Positions 39,806 through 51,299 are shown, counted from the first letter of the stretch. The stretch: DNA of 64,000 bases from an uncultured Desulfosarcina sp. (GCA_964435765.1 CAYTBC010000001.1:18547-82546), one strand, 5' to 3'. Numbers and translations are program-made. Notes: a model not told the origin generated them from the sequence alone.

Positions 39806-39832
39806 ATATCGGCATTTTTTTGAAAAACTTGA
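39806..39832 (-). promoter_or_regulatory. Putative sigma28 promoter of the HTH-cheW operon
   Basis: TCAAG-N14-GCCGATAT. Confidence 0.72.
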
Positions 39833-40010
39833 CCCAATGTCAGAGATTATGATCAGGTTCATTGAATTGAAGAATAACTGAATCAACCCGACCGGATCCA
39901 TGCAAGAATTGCCTTTGTGTCGGATTTTTGACGGAATTAATGACCAAATCCAGATCGTGGGCGCAAAAACTGTGTGCGGTGCCCATCGAGGCTGATCTGG
40001 AAAATAGCTT

Positions 40011-40023
40011 TAACTAGTTGATA
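40011..40023 (-). promoter_or_regulatory. IHF-binding consensus site
   Basis: TATCAACTAGTTA matches WATCAANNNNTTR, next to an AT-rich tract. Confidence 0.6.
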
Positions 40024-40085
40024 TTTAAAAATTTATTAATCTTACTCAGTGCCGCACCCAAAACTTGAAAAGATTTTGCAAACAC

Positions 40086-40101
40086 TGGCATACAACTTGC
40101 T
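40086..40101 (+). promoter_or_regulatory. Sigma54 -24/-12 promoter
   Basis: TGGCATACAACTTGCT. Confidence 0.8.
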
Positions 40102-40111
40102 TGATATATAC

Positions 40112-40197
40112 ACCAAATGGAATGAAGTTTCCTCCTTTCCTTCATTCCCACCTCCGACCAACCCTGTTAGGCACCCCCCCTAACAGGGTTTTTCTTT
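40112..40197 (+). ncRNA. Candidate sigma54-dependent small RNA with anti-SD loop
   Basis: Promoter; 9-bp stem with UUUCCUCCUUUC loop; 12-bp terminator stem plus U-tract; no ORF. Confidence 0.65.
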
Positions 40198-40549
40198 GGG
40201 GGCTGCGAGACCAACGCCGCAGAAAGTGACGAAAAATTGACAGGCTCATCCGAAACGTTGCATAAATCCGAGACCTATTTAAGCGGGGCAGGCGCAAACC
40301 CGTTGCTTTTACGGAGCCAATGCTGGTTGTGGAGCGGAAACGCTCGATATTTGATGCTGGATATTCAGGAAGGCACCGCAAATGCAATTCGGAAACATCT
40401 GGTATCCAGAAACCAGTATCCAGGATCAATCAATATCGCCACTGGTTTTCGTCGGATCAGCCTAAGTCCAATGCAGTATTTTAAGCAATTGTAAGCTATC
40501 TTTCGATGGGCGTTTGGAATGGGTGTGATTATCAGCCAGCGATGAGTTT

Positions 40550-40756
40550 TTAAAACTTACGGCCTGCAGATTGGTCCCGCTGCGGTTTCATCATTTTTCG
40601 CTTCTCAAAGGACAGGCAGGCTTGGCCCTGCATCGCCCGGCGGACATCCATGATCGGCAGCCGCCGACTTTTAAATCCCATGGCGCGGCAGCCGTGGGGA
40701 AAATCAACTTCCCAGGTGATGAAATAGTGAACACATCGACGGCAGGTTGGTTTCAT
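40550..40756 (-). CDS. Small Cys-rich conserved protein (family often auto-labelled uracil-DNA glycosylase)
   Basis: CRRCVHYFITW...HGCRAMGFKS...C. Confidence 0.75.
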   Translation of the reverse strand: MKPTCRRCVHYFITWEVDFPHGCRAMGFKSRRLPIMDVRRAMQGQACLSFEKRKMMKPQRDQSAGRKF

Positions 40757-40905
40757 GATGGTTAGAATTGTTTTGATCGTTAGGATCGTTTTGATGGTTT
40801 GGATCGTTTTGATGGTTGATTGAGTGGACTTTTACGCCATGCGCTTTGCCCTATGCCCCATGCTCATTCCCGCAGCGCACACCCCGCAACCCGAAACCCG
40901 CACGC

Positions 40906-41415
40906 TTATGGCCTGCCTTCCGGTTTAATCGGCCGGCCCAATCGGTCACCAGACGTATCCACCACAATCCCCATGCCCCGCAGCAGATCATAGGCCTCTT
41001 CGCGCTGGGAGTAGGATCGCTCGGCGCTGACGGCTATGATCGCCTGAATGACCTCATCGCTCAATCCTGCCTGTTTAAGCTCGATAACATCCCTCGCTGT
41101 CGTGAAACGGATGGGACGTGTATTCTCTCCATATACGATGGATTCTGAATTCTTAAGAAAAGAACCTTCTTTCACCAGCATTTGGAGGGTGGCTTCACTC
41201 ACACCGGCTTTCTTCATTGCCAGAATGTCAGCAATGCTAAAAGCGGCGGTTTCAATTACTTTCTCTTGGGCGATAACCTGGATCGTCTGATCACTGACAC
41301 CGGCTTTTTTAAGTTCAACTACATGTTGACCGCTCAGCGACCAAGCCGGGTCGATTAGGAAAAAACACCAAAAGAGGTTAATTAAAATCGGGATAATGAT
41401 TCTGCTCATTTTCAA
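40906..41415 (-). CDS. Exported protein with three (L/M)KxAGxS(D/E) repeats
   Basis: Signal peptide; ELKKAGVSD, AMKKAGVSE, ELKQAGLSD; starts 3 bp after the flgL stop. Confidence 0.75.
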   Translation of the reverse strand: MKMSRIIIPILINLFWCFFLIDPAWSLSGQHVVELKKAGVSDQTIQVIAQEKVIETAAFSIADILAMKKAGVSEATLQMLVKEGSFLKNSESIVYGENTRPIRFTTARDVIELKQAGLSDEVIQAIIAVSAERSYSQREEAYDLLRGMGIVVDTSGDRLGRPIKPEGRP

Positions 41416-41418
41416 ACT

Positions 41419-42528
41419 TCATTTTAGAAAGTTGATCAGGCCAGGCTGAATAATTCGAGCGGCCGTGGCAATCGTCGTCTGATAGGCGAGATCAATTTGG
41501 TTAAGTTTCATAGCCGCCTCATTTAAATCAAGGTCTTCGGTATCTGACAGCATATGCTCAAGTTTAGGCTTGTAATTGTCCCAGAATTGACCTGTGGCTT
41601 CTAACTGATACATTTTGGGCGCACTTGCCGCTCGAATGTCATTGACCTGGGATCGCGTCTCATCGAGCTTCTTTGTCTGGGTTTCGATGGCGGCATCATC
41701 GTCATTTTCAAGGGCGAATATCAGATCCGCCATAACCTCAAAGACATCCACCTTTCCGGCAGGCGTAAAGATATTGCGGCCATCGGCATCAATCGTCAAT
41801 TCTGTATTTTCACCCAGAAGGATCCGGACTTCACCATTGTCCCCATTATAGGTGGCATAGTCGACCACATCACCTCCGGCATTGGAGGCCGTTACATTAA
41901 AAGAATAAAGTCCATCAGCCGGAACAGGGCCACTCCAGGCTATGGTATTAATTCCATCAGTACCGCCGCCAGCCGGGACTATGGTATTAATAACAGCCCC
42001 GGTATTATCCTTGATCTCCAGGGTCACATTGGTGGCATCTGCGCAAAGACCGAAAACAATATCCCCCGGCGTTCCGCTGGACACTTCTACAACATGGCCA
42101 AAAGCCGGTGTATCTGTTTGGTGTCCTGCAAACATGTAGTTTTTACCTAATTTGGAATTTGCCAGTTCAACCGTTTGGTCGTACATATTTCTGACTTCTT
42201 TGGCTGCAAGATCTCTGGAGGATGTGGTTCCTTTGGCCTGAGTTTGGGATATTTCCCTGACAACACCGAGTAAATCATCGACCATTTCCAGAGTAATCTC
42301 GGTAAATTCCAGCCGGGAGGTGCCGCGCTTAACATTGTCCATGTATTGCTCAACGGTTGCCATCTGGTTGCGATAATCCAACACCTTACGCATGCCCACC
42401 GGATCATCCGAAGGTCGATTAATCCGTTTCTGACTGGATATTTGTTCTTGCACCTTATAAAGATCTTCACTTTGCCGCATCAGGTATCTGGTGATCGTAT
42501 TGGACATCATACTGTTGGTAACCCGCAT
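41419..42528 (-). CDS. flgL: Flagellar hook-associated protein 3
   Basis: MRVT..M, RINRPSDDP, YMFAG, flagellin-like C-terminus GLINFLK. Confidence 0.94.
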   Translation of the reverse strand: MRVTNSMMSNTITRYLMRQSEDLYKVQEQISSQKRINRPSDDPVGMRKVLDYRNQMATVEQYMDNVKRGTSRLEFTEITLEMVDDLLGVVREISQTQAKGTTSSRDLAAKEVRNMYDQTVELANSKLGKNYMFAGHQTDTPAFGHVVEVSSGTPGDIVFGLCADATNVTLEIKDNTGAVINTIVPAGGGTDGINTIAWSGPVPADGLYSFNVTASNAGGDVVDYATYNGDNGEVRILLGENTELTIDADGRNIFTPAGKVDVFEVMADLIFALENDDDAAIETQTKKLDETRSQVNDIRAASAPKMYQLEATGQFWDNYKPKLEHMLSDTEDLDLNEAAMKLNQIDLAYQTTIATAARIIQPGLINFLK

Positions 42529-42544
42529 GATAGCCTCCTTTAGG

Positions 42545-45309
<2,765 letters not shown>

Positions 45310-45325
45310 CTATAGTCGCGGCTGT

Positions 45326-45497
45326 TCAGGCCGATTTGGATTCATGGTTGATAATAAATTCCACGGGCTGACCCGGGACAAAATGATACACATCACAGAA
45401 TCCATCTTCCAGCATCAGTGTCACCATACAGTAGTGTGTTTGCAATCATCGACTGCATCACGGTGCTGTCGTCCACAATCAATACATTTACTGCCAT
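45326..45497 (-). pseudogene. Truncated cheY-like N-terminus joined out of frame to the tail of a second gene (possibly cheX-like)
   Basis: GAGGA RBS, then MAVNVLIVDDSTVMQSMIANTL and a stop at 45393; the alternate frame reads CMVTLMLEDGFCDVYHF...*. Confidence 0.7.
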
Positions 45498-45527
45498 GTT
45501 GGTATCCTCAGCAAATCGATGTTTTTT

Positions 45528-46376
45528 TTAACCGGTGCCCAAAACGTCGGTGAGTTCATCCACCCATTGCAAGGTCTGACTGGCCACCTTTTCCAGATGA
45601 TAAGATTCCAGTCCCAGCCGTTCAATCACGGCGCCGCAGGGCTGATGCTGCAAACCGTCCCGGCCGACGCCGACGCCGATCATCAAACACAATACGTTGG
45701 CCACATGCACAATGTCCAACATCAGATCGACCTTTTCGGTGGATTCCGGATCGTGATGCCAGCGGACCGCATTTACAATTGCAGGCGGCAAAGACCACTG
45801 GCTGAGTATGCGGGCACCGATTTCGGCATGATTGGTTCCCAACACCAGATTTTCGGCCGCTTCGAAAGCGATTCCCGGGGTCAGGGCTGCTTCGATCTTC
45901 TTAAAATCATCCTCAACAAAATCTCCCAAAACAAGTTTGCCGACATCGTGCAGCAGAGCGGCGGTAAAAATCTCCTCGGCGGCCGTGACATTCAGCTCTT
46001 TTACCAGGCCTTCGGCCGCCACGCTGACGGCAATGGAATGGCGCCACAACTCCCCGGGGGGCAGGTCATAACCCGCCACCGGCTTTCCCAGAATGCCGCT
46101 GACGCAGGAGGCTATCACCATTTGAATCAAACGCCTCAATCCGAGAAGCAAAACCGCCTGCGGCACCGAGCCGACCTTTGAGGGAATGCCGAAATAGGCC
46201 GAATTCGCAAGCTTCAGCAAATTGGCGGTATGCCCGGCGTCCTGCCGCAAAATATTTTCGATTTGTGACACGCTTATATCCGGATCATCGAGCAAAGCCA
46301 GCAATTTTACGGCTGCTCCCGGCATACTCGGAAACGATTTTAGAATCGACGAAATATTTTTTAGCGCCTGCGGCAT
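45528..46376 (-). CDS. HDOD-domain protein (paralog A)
   Basis: SFPSMP, LKLANSAYFG, LWRHS, ALLHDVGK, WHHDP. Confidence 0.92.
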   Translation of the reverse strand: MPQALKNISSILKSFPSMPGAAVKLLALLDDPDISVSQIENILRQDAGHTANLLKLANSAYFGIPSKVGSVPQAVLLLGLRRLIQMVIASCVSGILGKPVAGYDLPPGELWRHSIAVSVAAEGLVKELNVTAAEEIFTAALLHDVGKLVLGDFVEDDFKKIEAALTPGIAFEAAENLVLGTNHAEIGARILSQWSLPPAIVNAVRWHHDPESTEKVDLMLDIVHVANVLCLMIGVGVGRDGLQHQPCGAVIERLGLESYHLEKVASQTLQWVDELTDVLGTG

Positions 46377-46410
46377 TTGTTTTTCCCTCGGCTGTTTCCG
46401 GATCATTTAA

Positions 46411-47262
46411 TTAATGAAAGGTCAGCGCTTCGGATAATTCTTCAACCCACTGGGCAACCCGCACTCGGATTTCTTCAAATTGGTTTAGATTCAACCCCAG
46501 CCGCTCAATCACGAACGGCGACAGATCGGTGCAACCACCCCCCGATTCGCTGCCGATCTGATCCGTTTGGCAAAGCAGGTTGGCCAGGTGAACAATGTCG
46601 GCCGAAGAACTGGCCTTCTCCGGAGAATCAGGATCGTGGTGCCAGCGCACCGCATCAATGACCTTGCGTGGAAAAGACCACTGGCTCAATATCTGGGCGC
46701 CAACCTCCGCATGGTCCGTACCGAGTACCATATTTTCCGCCACCACGTAAGGCACCCCCGTGGCGGCAATCTTTTCGATGGCCTCCTGTTCATCTTTGAC
46801 AAAATAACCCAGGATGAGCTTGCCGATATCGTGCAGCAGGGCCGGTGTAAAAATATCTTCACCATCGATGTTCTTCTTGTCCTTAACGAGCGCTTCGGCC
46901 GCGATGGATACCGCAATCGAATGCCGCCATAGATCCCCCGGCGGCAGATTATATCCTGGAACCGGTTTATCCATGATCGCATTGATGCAGGATGCGATCA
47001 CCAGCTGGATCAATTTCTTTAACCCCAGCAGCAAAACCGCCTGCCGGGTTGACGCCACTTTGGAAGGAATTCCGAAATATGCGGAGTTGGCCAATTTGAG
47101 TACGTTGCCGGTCAGTCCGGGATCATGGCGCAGCGCATCTTCAATTTCATCCACCGTAGTTTCAGGATCTTCAAGCATCTTGAGCATCTTGGCGCCGGTG
47201 GCGGGCATACTGGGAAACGATTTAACTTTCGACAATATTTCGTTTATATTAGGGGGATTCAT
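46411..47262 (-). CDS. HDOD-domain protein (paralog B)
   Basis: Same motifs; ATGA overlap with the cheD stop. Confidence 0.92.
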   Translation of the reverse strand: MNPPNINEILSKVKSFPSMPATGAKMLKMLEDPETTVDEIEDALRHDPGLTGNVLKLANSAYFGIPSKVASTRQAVLLLGLKKLIQLVIASCINAIMDKPVPGYNLPPGDLWRHSIAVSIAAEALVKDKKNIDGEDIFTPALLHDIGKLILGYFVKDEQEAIEKIAATGVPYVVAENMVLGTDHAEVGAQILSQWSFPRKVIDAVRWHHDPDSPEKASSSADIVHLANLLCQTDQIGSESGGGCTDLSPFVIERLGLNLNQFEEIRVRVAQWVEELSEALTFH

Positions 47263-47732
47263 AACTTCCTCTTTTGACCATTGCTGCTGATAACCGTTTG
47301 TCCGGTCGCAATATCGAGATGCAGTGTTCGACTGGCCGTTCCGCCGACATCTTCGGTTTCCAGTAGGATATTGTTTTTCCAAAGCAGTTTTTTGAGCACC
47401 GTATAGTTGCGCTCTCCGATTTTAAACATTTCATTTTGGCCCAAAGGATTTCCGCAGCCCGCCGCTTTGACCACCATGCGGTGCTTTTGTCCGCCGATTT
47501 TATACAGGGCCTTGAACATCTCAGGCACGCCGGTATCGACGAACATAAACGGGTTGGCCTCGGCTTTTATCAGATTAATTTTCGAAAGCGGCAACATGGC
47601 ATGCAGCAGTCCTCCCACCCTTTCAACGGGGTCATAGACGATTAACCCAAGACAGCTGCCCAGTGCATGGGTCACGATAACGTCCGCCTCACGACCGACT
47701 TTCATATCTCCCACTGCAACAACTTGTCTCAT
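47259..47732 (-). CDS. cheD: Chemoreceptor glutamine deamidase CheD
   Basis: LGSC, GGLLHAMLP, IGERN, EDVGG. Confidence 0.94.
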   Translation of the reverse strand: MRQVVAVGDMKVGREADVIVTHALGSCLGLIVYDPVERVGGLLHAMLPLSKINLIKAEANPFMFVDTGVPEMFKALYKIGGQKHRMVVKAAGCGNPLGQNEMFKIGERNYTVLKKLLWKNNILLETEDVGGTASRTLHLDIATGQTVISSNGQKRKL

Positions 47733-47754
47733 CTGCCTCAATTCAGACCTGAAT

Positions 47755-48576
47755 TCATGTCTGTTTTCGATAAGTGGCCGGTTGCATGTACCGGAAATTA
47801 TGCTTGAGGGTCGACAGACCCTCTGAGTGGCCTACAAATAAATAGCCGCCCGGCTCCAGCAGCTCCCAGAAACGGTTGATCAGTTTCTGTTGGGTTGCCC
47901 GGTCAAAATATATCATCACATTGCGGCAGAAAATAATATTGAAAGGACCTTTCATCGGCCACGATTCCAATAAATTCAGCCAGGCCAGACGAACCATGCG
48001 GCGGACATCATCCACAACCCGGTAATTGCCCGCAAGTTGACCGTTGAGCTTGGTGAAATATTTTCGATATTGCGGTGAAGGCAAATTTTTCAGGGTTTCA
48101 GCCTGATAAACGGCCAACAGAGCCTTCTCCAGCATGCGTCTTGAGATATCCGTTGCCAGGATCAGCGCGTCCCTTGAATCAATGTCCGGTATATGTTCTC
48201 GGAGCCATATCGCCATGGTAAAAGGTTCTTCTCCGGATGAGCAGGCTGCGCTCCAAAACCGCAGCCGCTGGTTTTTGAGGCCTGGCAGCACATGATCCCG
48301 CAGATAGTTAAAATGTTCCATTTCCCGAAAAAAACCGGTTTTGTTGGTCGTCATGACATCAATTAACAGCGCCAGTTCTTGGTTTCCTTCAGCACTAACG
48401 ATGTAATCCAGGTACGCCTGTACGTCATGAGTGCCCCGGGCCCGCAGCCGCTTCATCAGCCGCGCCCGCACCAGCGCCTCCTTGCCTCGCTTCAGATTAA
48501 TGCCGCTGGACTGGTAAACTATCTCACTGATTTTCTTAAAGTGTTTTTCATTAACTTGCGCAGCCATCAGGTTCAT
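47755..48576 (-). CDS. cheR: Chemotaxis methyltransferase CheR
   Basis: TTNKT.FFRE, WSAACSSGEEP, CRNVMIYF, GHSE. Confidence 0.96.
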   Translation of the reverse strand: MNLMAAQVNEKHFKKISEIVYQSSGINLKRGKEALVRARLMKRLRARGTHDVQAYLDYIVSAEGNQELALLIDVMTTNKTGFFREMEHFNYLRDHVLPGLKNQRLRFWSAACSSGEEPFTMAIWLREHIPDIDSRDALILATDISRRMLEKALLAVYQAETLKNLPSPQYRKYFTKLNGQLAGNYRVVDDVRRMVRLAWLNLLESWPMKGPFNIIFCRNVMIYFDRATQQKLINRFWELLEPGGYLFVGHSEGLSTLKHNFRYMQPATYRKQT

Positions 48577-48722
48577 GTATGTTAGCTTTTCCAGCCAAGC
48601 CGGAATTGACTATTGTATATTGAAAATTGAATATTTATTGAAGTCCCTTCGCTCCATCATTTCTTTATAAAATTTTTAAATCGATCCGCCGCGGGCGCAC
48701 CTTAAATATTCAATTATATTGA

Positions 48723-51299
48723 TTACGCCGCCAGGATTCGATCAGTGCAGGCATCCGCCTCTCCCGGCAGTTCAGCGACATGTCCGACATCGGCAAATTT
48801 CACCAGTCCGCCGACGTCAATAATCAGCCCCACCCGGCCATCGGGCATGATGGCACCGCCCGAGATGCCCGGGATATCTTTCATCGACTCCCCTAGTGAT
48901 TTTATGACCACTTGCTGGCGGCCGATGAGCTCGTCGACCAGCAGACCGGCTTTGCGTTCATCATCTTCTACAATAACGACGACGGCGTCATGCGGATCCT
49001 GCTTGGCATCTTCAATATTATACAGGCGTGCCATGCGATACAGAGGAATAAGACTGCCCTGCAGGGTCAGAATCTCCCCCTGGTTGAGCACGGTCGACAG
49101 ATCGCCTTTACCCGGTTTGACCGAACGGATGATTGATACGGTCGGAATGACATAAGTTTCCGAGCCGACGCGGACCACCATCCCGTCGATAATGGCCAGG
49201 GTCAGCGGCAAACTCATTTTAAAGACGCTGCCTTGGCCGCATTCGGACTTAATTTCCACCTGTCCGCGCAAGGATTCAATATTCTTTTTGACCACGTCCA
49301 TCCCGACCCCCCTGCCCGAAACATCGGTGACCATTTGGGCCGTCGAGAAGCCAGGCTCAAAAATCAGATTGAAGACCTCACGGTCGCTGAACGCATGATC
49401 GCTGCTGTCGGTGTAGTCACTGATCAGGCCCTTTTCACGGGCTTTGGCTAATATAACTTCTCGATACAGTCCTTTGCCGTCGTCGCGAATCTCGACCACG
49501 ACACTGCCGGCTGAGTGGTATGCCAGCAATTGCACCTTACCGCAGTCGGGTTTGCCGTTCTGCCTGCGTTCAGCGGGAGTTTCAATGCCGTGATCGACGG
49601 CATTGCGCACCATGTGGACCAACGGGTCATTGATAATGTTGACCAGGTTTCGATCAATTTCGGTGTCCTCACCCTCGGTGACGAAATTGACATTTTTGCC
49701 AACCTTGCGCGCGACATCGCGGACCAGGCGCGCCATTTTGTTAAAGGTCGCTTTCAGCGGCACCATGCGCATCGACATACTGATATCCTGCAATTCCCGT
49801 ACAATTTTACTGGCATGCGCAACCTTTTTGGTCAGCTCATGGTTGTCGCTGCCGGCAACCAGATCATCCTGGGCAACCATCGAGTGCGCAATTACCAGTT
49901 CGCCCACCATGTCAATTAAACGGTCCAATCGCTGGGTGCCGACCCGAACGGAGGATTCCACCGCCGGCTGGCTGTTTTTAATGCGGGTCTGAGCCCGCAG
50001 GGCCTGACCCACATCCTCGGTGGAGGCTGCCCTCGATTTAACGACGGCCATACCCAGCATCTCCCCGGGATGATCCTGAGCAACCGCTTCAACTTGTTCC
50101 CTTTGGATCTTGCCCTGTGCCACTAGTAGATCGCCGACCCGCGGGGTGGCGACACCATCGAATTCCTCGGATATACCGGCGGCTTCAGGATCCGCCAAAA
50201 GTTTAACTAGATCGTCGTAGCCTTCCGGTTTGAGAAGTGCTTTGCCGGACAGTGCCGCCTGCACCCGGCTCATCAGCTCCTTGATCATATCCAGCGCCCG
50301 CAGCGACAAATCCGCGTAGCCGCCGCTGTAGCGGATTTCGCCGTCGCGCACCCGGCTCAGCAGGGATTCCGCAAAGTGACCGAATTCGGAGAGCAAATTG
50401 AGTTCAAGAAAAGCCGAGGTCCCCTTGACGGTATGAAACGCACGAAAGACCATACCGACAGCTTCCATATCACCGGGGTCGGTCTCCAAGGATAACAGCG
50501 CTTCTTCAGCACCGGAAATCAAATCTGAGCCTTCGGCAATAAACTCGGCGATCAGTTCCCCATCGGCCTCCGGAGGCATGTAATCGAAATCGGAATTATC
50601 CTCGGGGTCTCCGCCGGCCGGCTCAGGGGCGGCCGCAGCAGGTGATTCAGCGCGGTAGGCGGAATCTTGCAGGGAATCCATGGCGGCCTCCAAAAGCAAC
50701 CCCGTCTCGCTCAGCGTTTGGTTCGGATCGTCGGTCCGGCCCTCAACGAGGGTGCTGACTTTGCCGATTGCCTGGGATATGAACGCGGAACAAGCTTGGG
50801 ATGCTTCATTTTTTGCGGCCAGAGCGATCAAAGCCGCACGCAAATCAACCAGTTCTTCGTGATTATCAGGTTCAAGTTGGATCAGAAAGGCGGCGGCATC
50901 ATCCAAGGATTCGATCGCCGGACATCCGCTTGCAGCAAATTCATCGGCAGGCCCGGCCTGGCTGAGGACCTCACGCAGGTTCCGGCAGGCTTCGGTGAAA
51001 GCCTTTTTGTTGTCCGTCTGATCGGACAAGCGCTGTTCGGCAGCGTTCAGACCGTGATAGACAGCGTCCACCAGCGCCAGGGGATTATGGGCGGCCTGAG
51101 CCCCCATCGTTTGGAGCCCTCGGTGAACGAACTCAAGCAGTTCAGCAATTTCCGGCCGTTTTTTAGGTACGAATTTTAGGGCGCTGTGAAGATCCACGCC
51201 GAGATTCTGCCAGGCGTTGGAATCGTTTAAGCCGACGTTGTCAAGCTCCTCTGCGATTTTCTTGAGGAGAAGGCTGATTTTTAGGTTCTTTGGGGCCAT
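48723..51299 (-). CDS. cheA: Chemotaxis histidine kinase CheA with N-terminal extension
   Basis: FRAFHTVKG Hpt, HMVRNAVDHG, DDGKG, SGRGVGMDVV, CheW-like domain. Confidence 0.95.
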   Translation of the reverse strand: MAPKNLKISLLLKKIAEELDNVGLNDSNAWQNLGVDLHSALKFVPKKRPEIAELLEFVHRGLQTMGAQAAHNPLALVDAVYHGLNAAEQRLSDQTDNKKAFTEACRNLREVLSQAGPADEFAASGCPAIESLDDAAAFLIQLEPDNHEELVDLRAALIALAAKNEASQACSAFISQAIGKVSTLVEGRTDDPNQTLSETGLLLEAAMDSLQDSAYRAESPAAAAPEPAGGDPEDNSDFDYMPPEADGELIAEFIAEGSDLISGAEEALLSLETDPGDMEAVGMVFRAFHTVKGTSAFLELNLLSEFGHFAESLLSRVRDGEIRYSGGYADLSLRALDMIKELMSRVQAALSGKALLKPEGYDDLVKLLADPEAAGISEEFDGVATPRVGDLLVAQGKIQREQVEAVAQDHPGEMLGMAVVKSRAASTEDVGQALRAQTRIKNSQPAVESSVRVGTQRLDRLIDMVGELVIAHSMVAQDDLVAGSDNHELTKKVAHASKIVRELQDISMSMRMVPLKATFNKMARLVRDVARKVGKNVNFVTEGEDTEIDRNLVNIINDPLVHMVRNAVDHGIETPAERRQNGKPDCGKVQLLAYHSAGSVVVEIRDDGKGLYREVILAKAREKGLISDYTDSSDHAFSDREVFNLIFEPGFSTAQMVTDVSGRGVGMDVVKKNIESLRGQVEIKSECGQGSVFKMSLPLTLAIIDGMVVRVGSETYVIPTVSIIRSVKPGKGDLSTVLNQGEILTLQGSLIPLYRMARLYNIEDAKQDPHDAVVVIVEDDERKAGLLVDELIGRQQVVIKSLGESMKDIPGISGGAIMPDGRVGLIIDVGGLVKFADVGHVAELPGEADACTDRILAA

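Noticed and set aside
40200-40345. c-di-GMP-I riboswitch-like fragments (GCAAACCC, GCGGAAACGC)
   Set aside because: Could not build the P1/P2/P3 structure, and there is no downstream gene on that strand.
40142-40494. Overlapping 95-aa and 85-aa ORFs
   Set aside because: Derived largely from heptamer repeats and the terminator; no convincing RBS or protein features.
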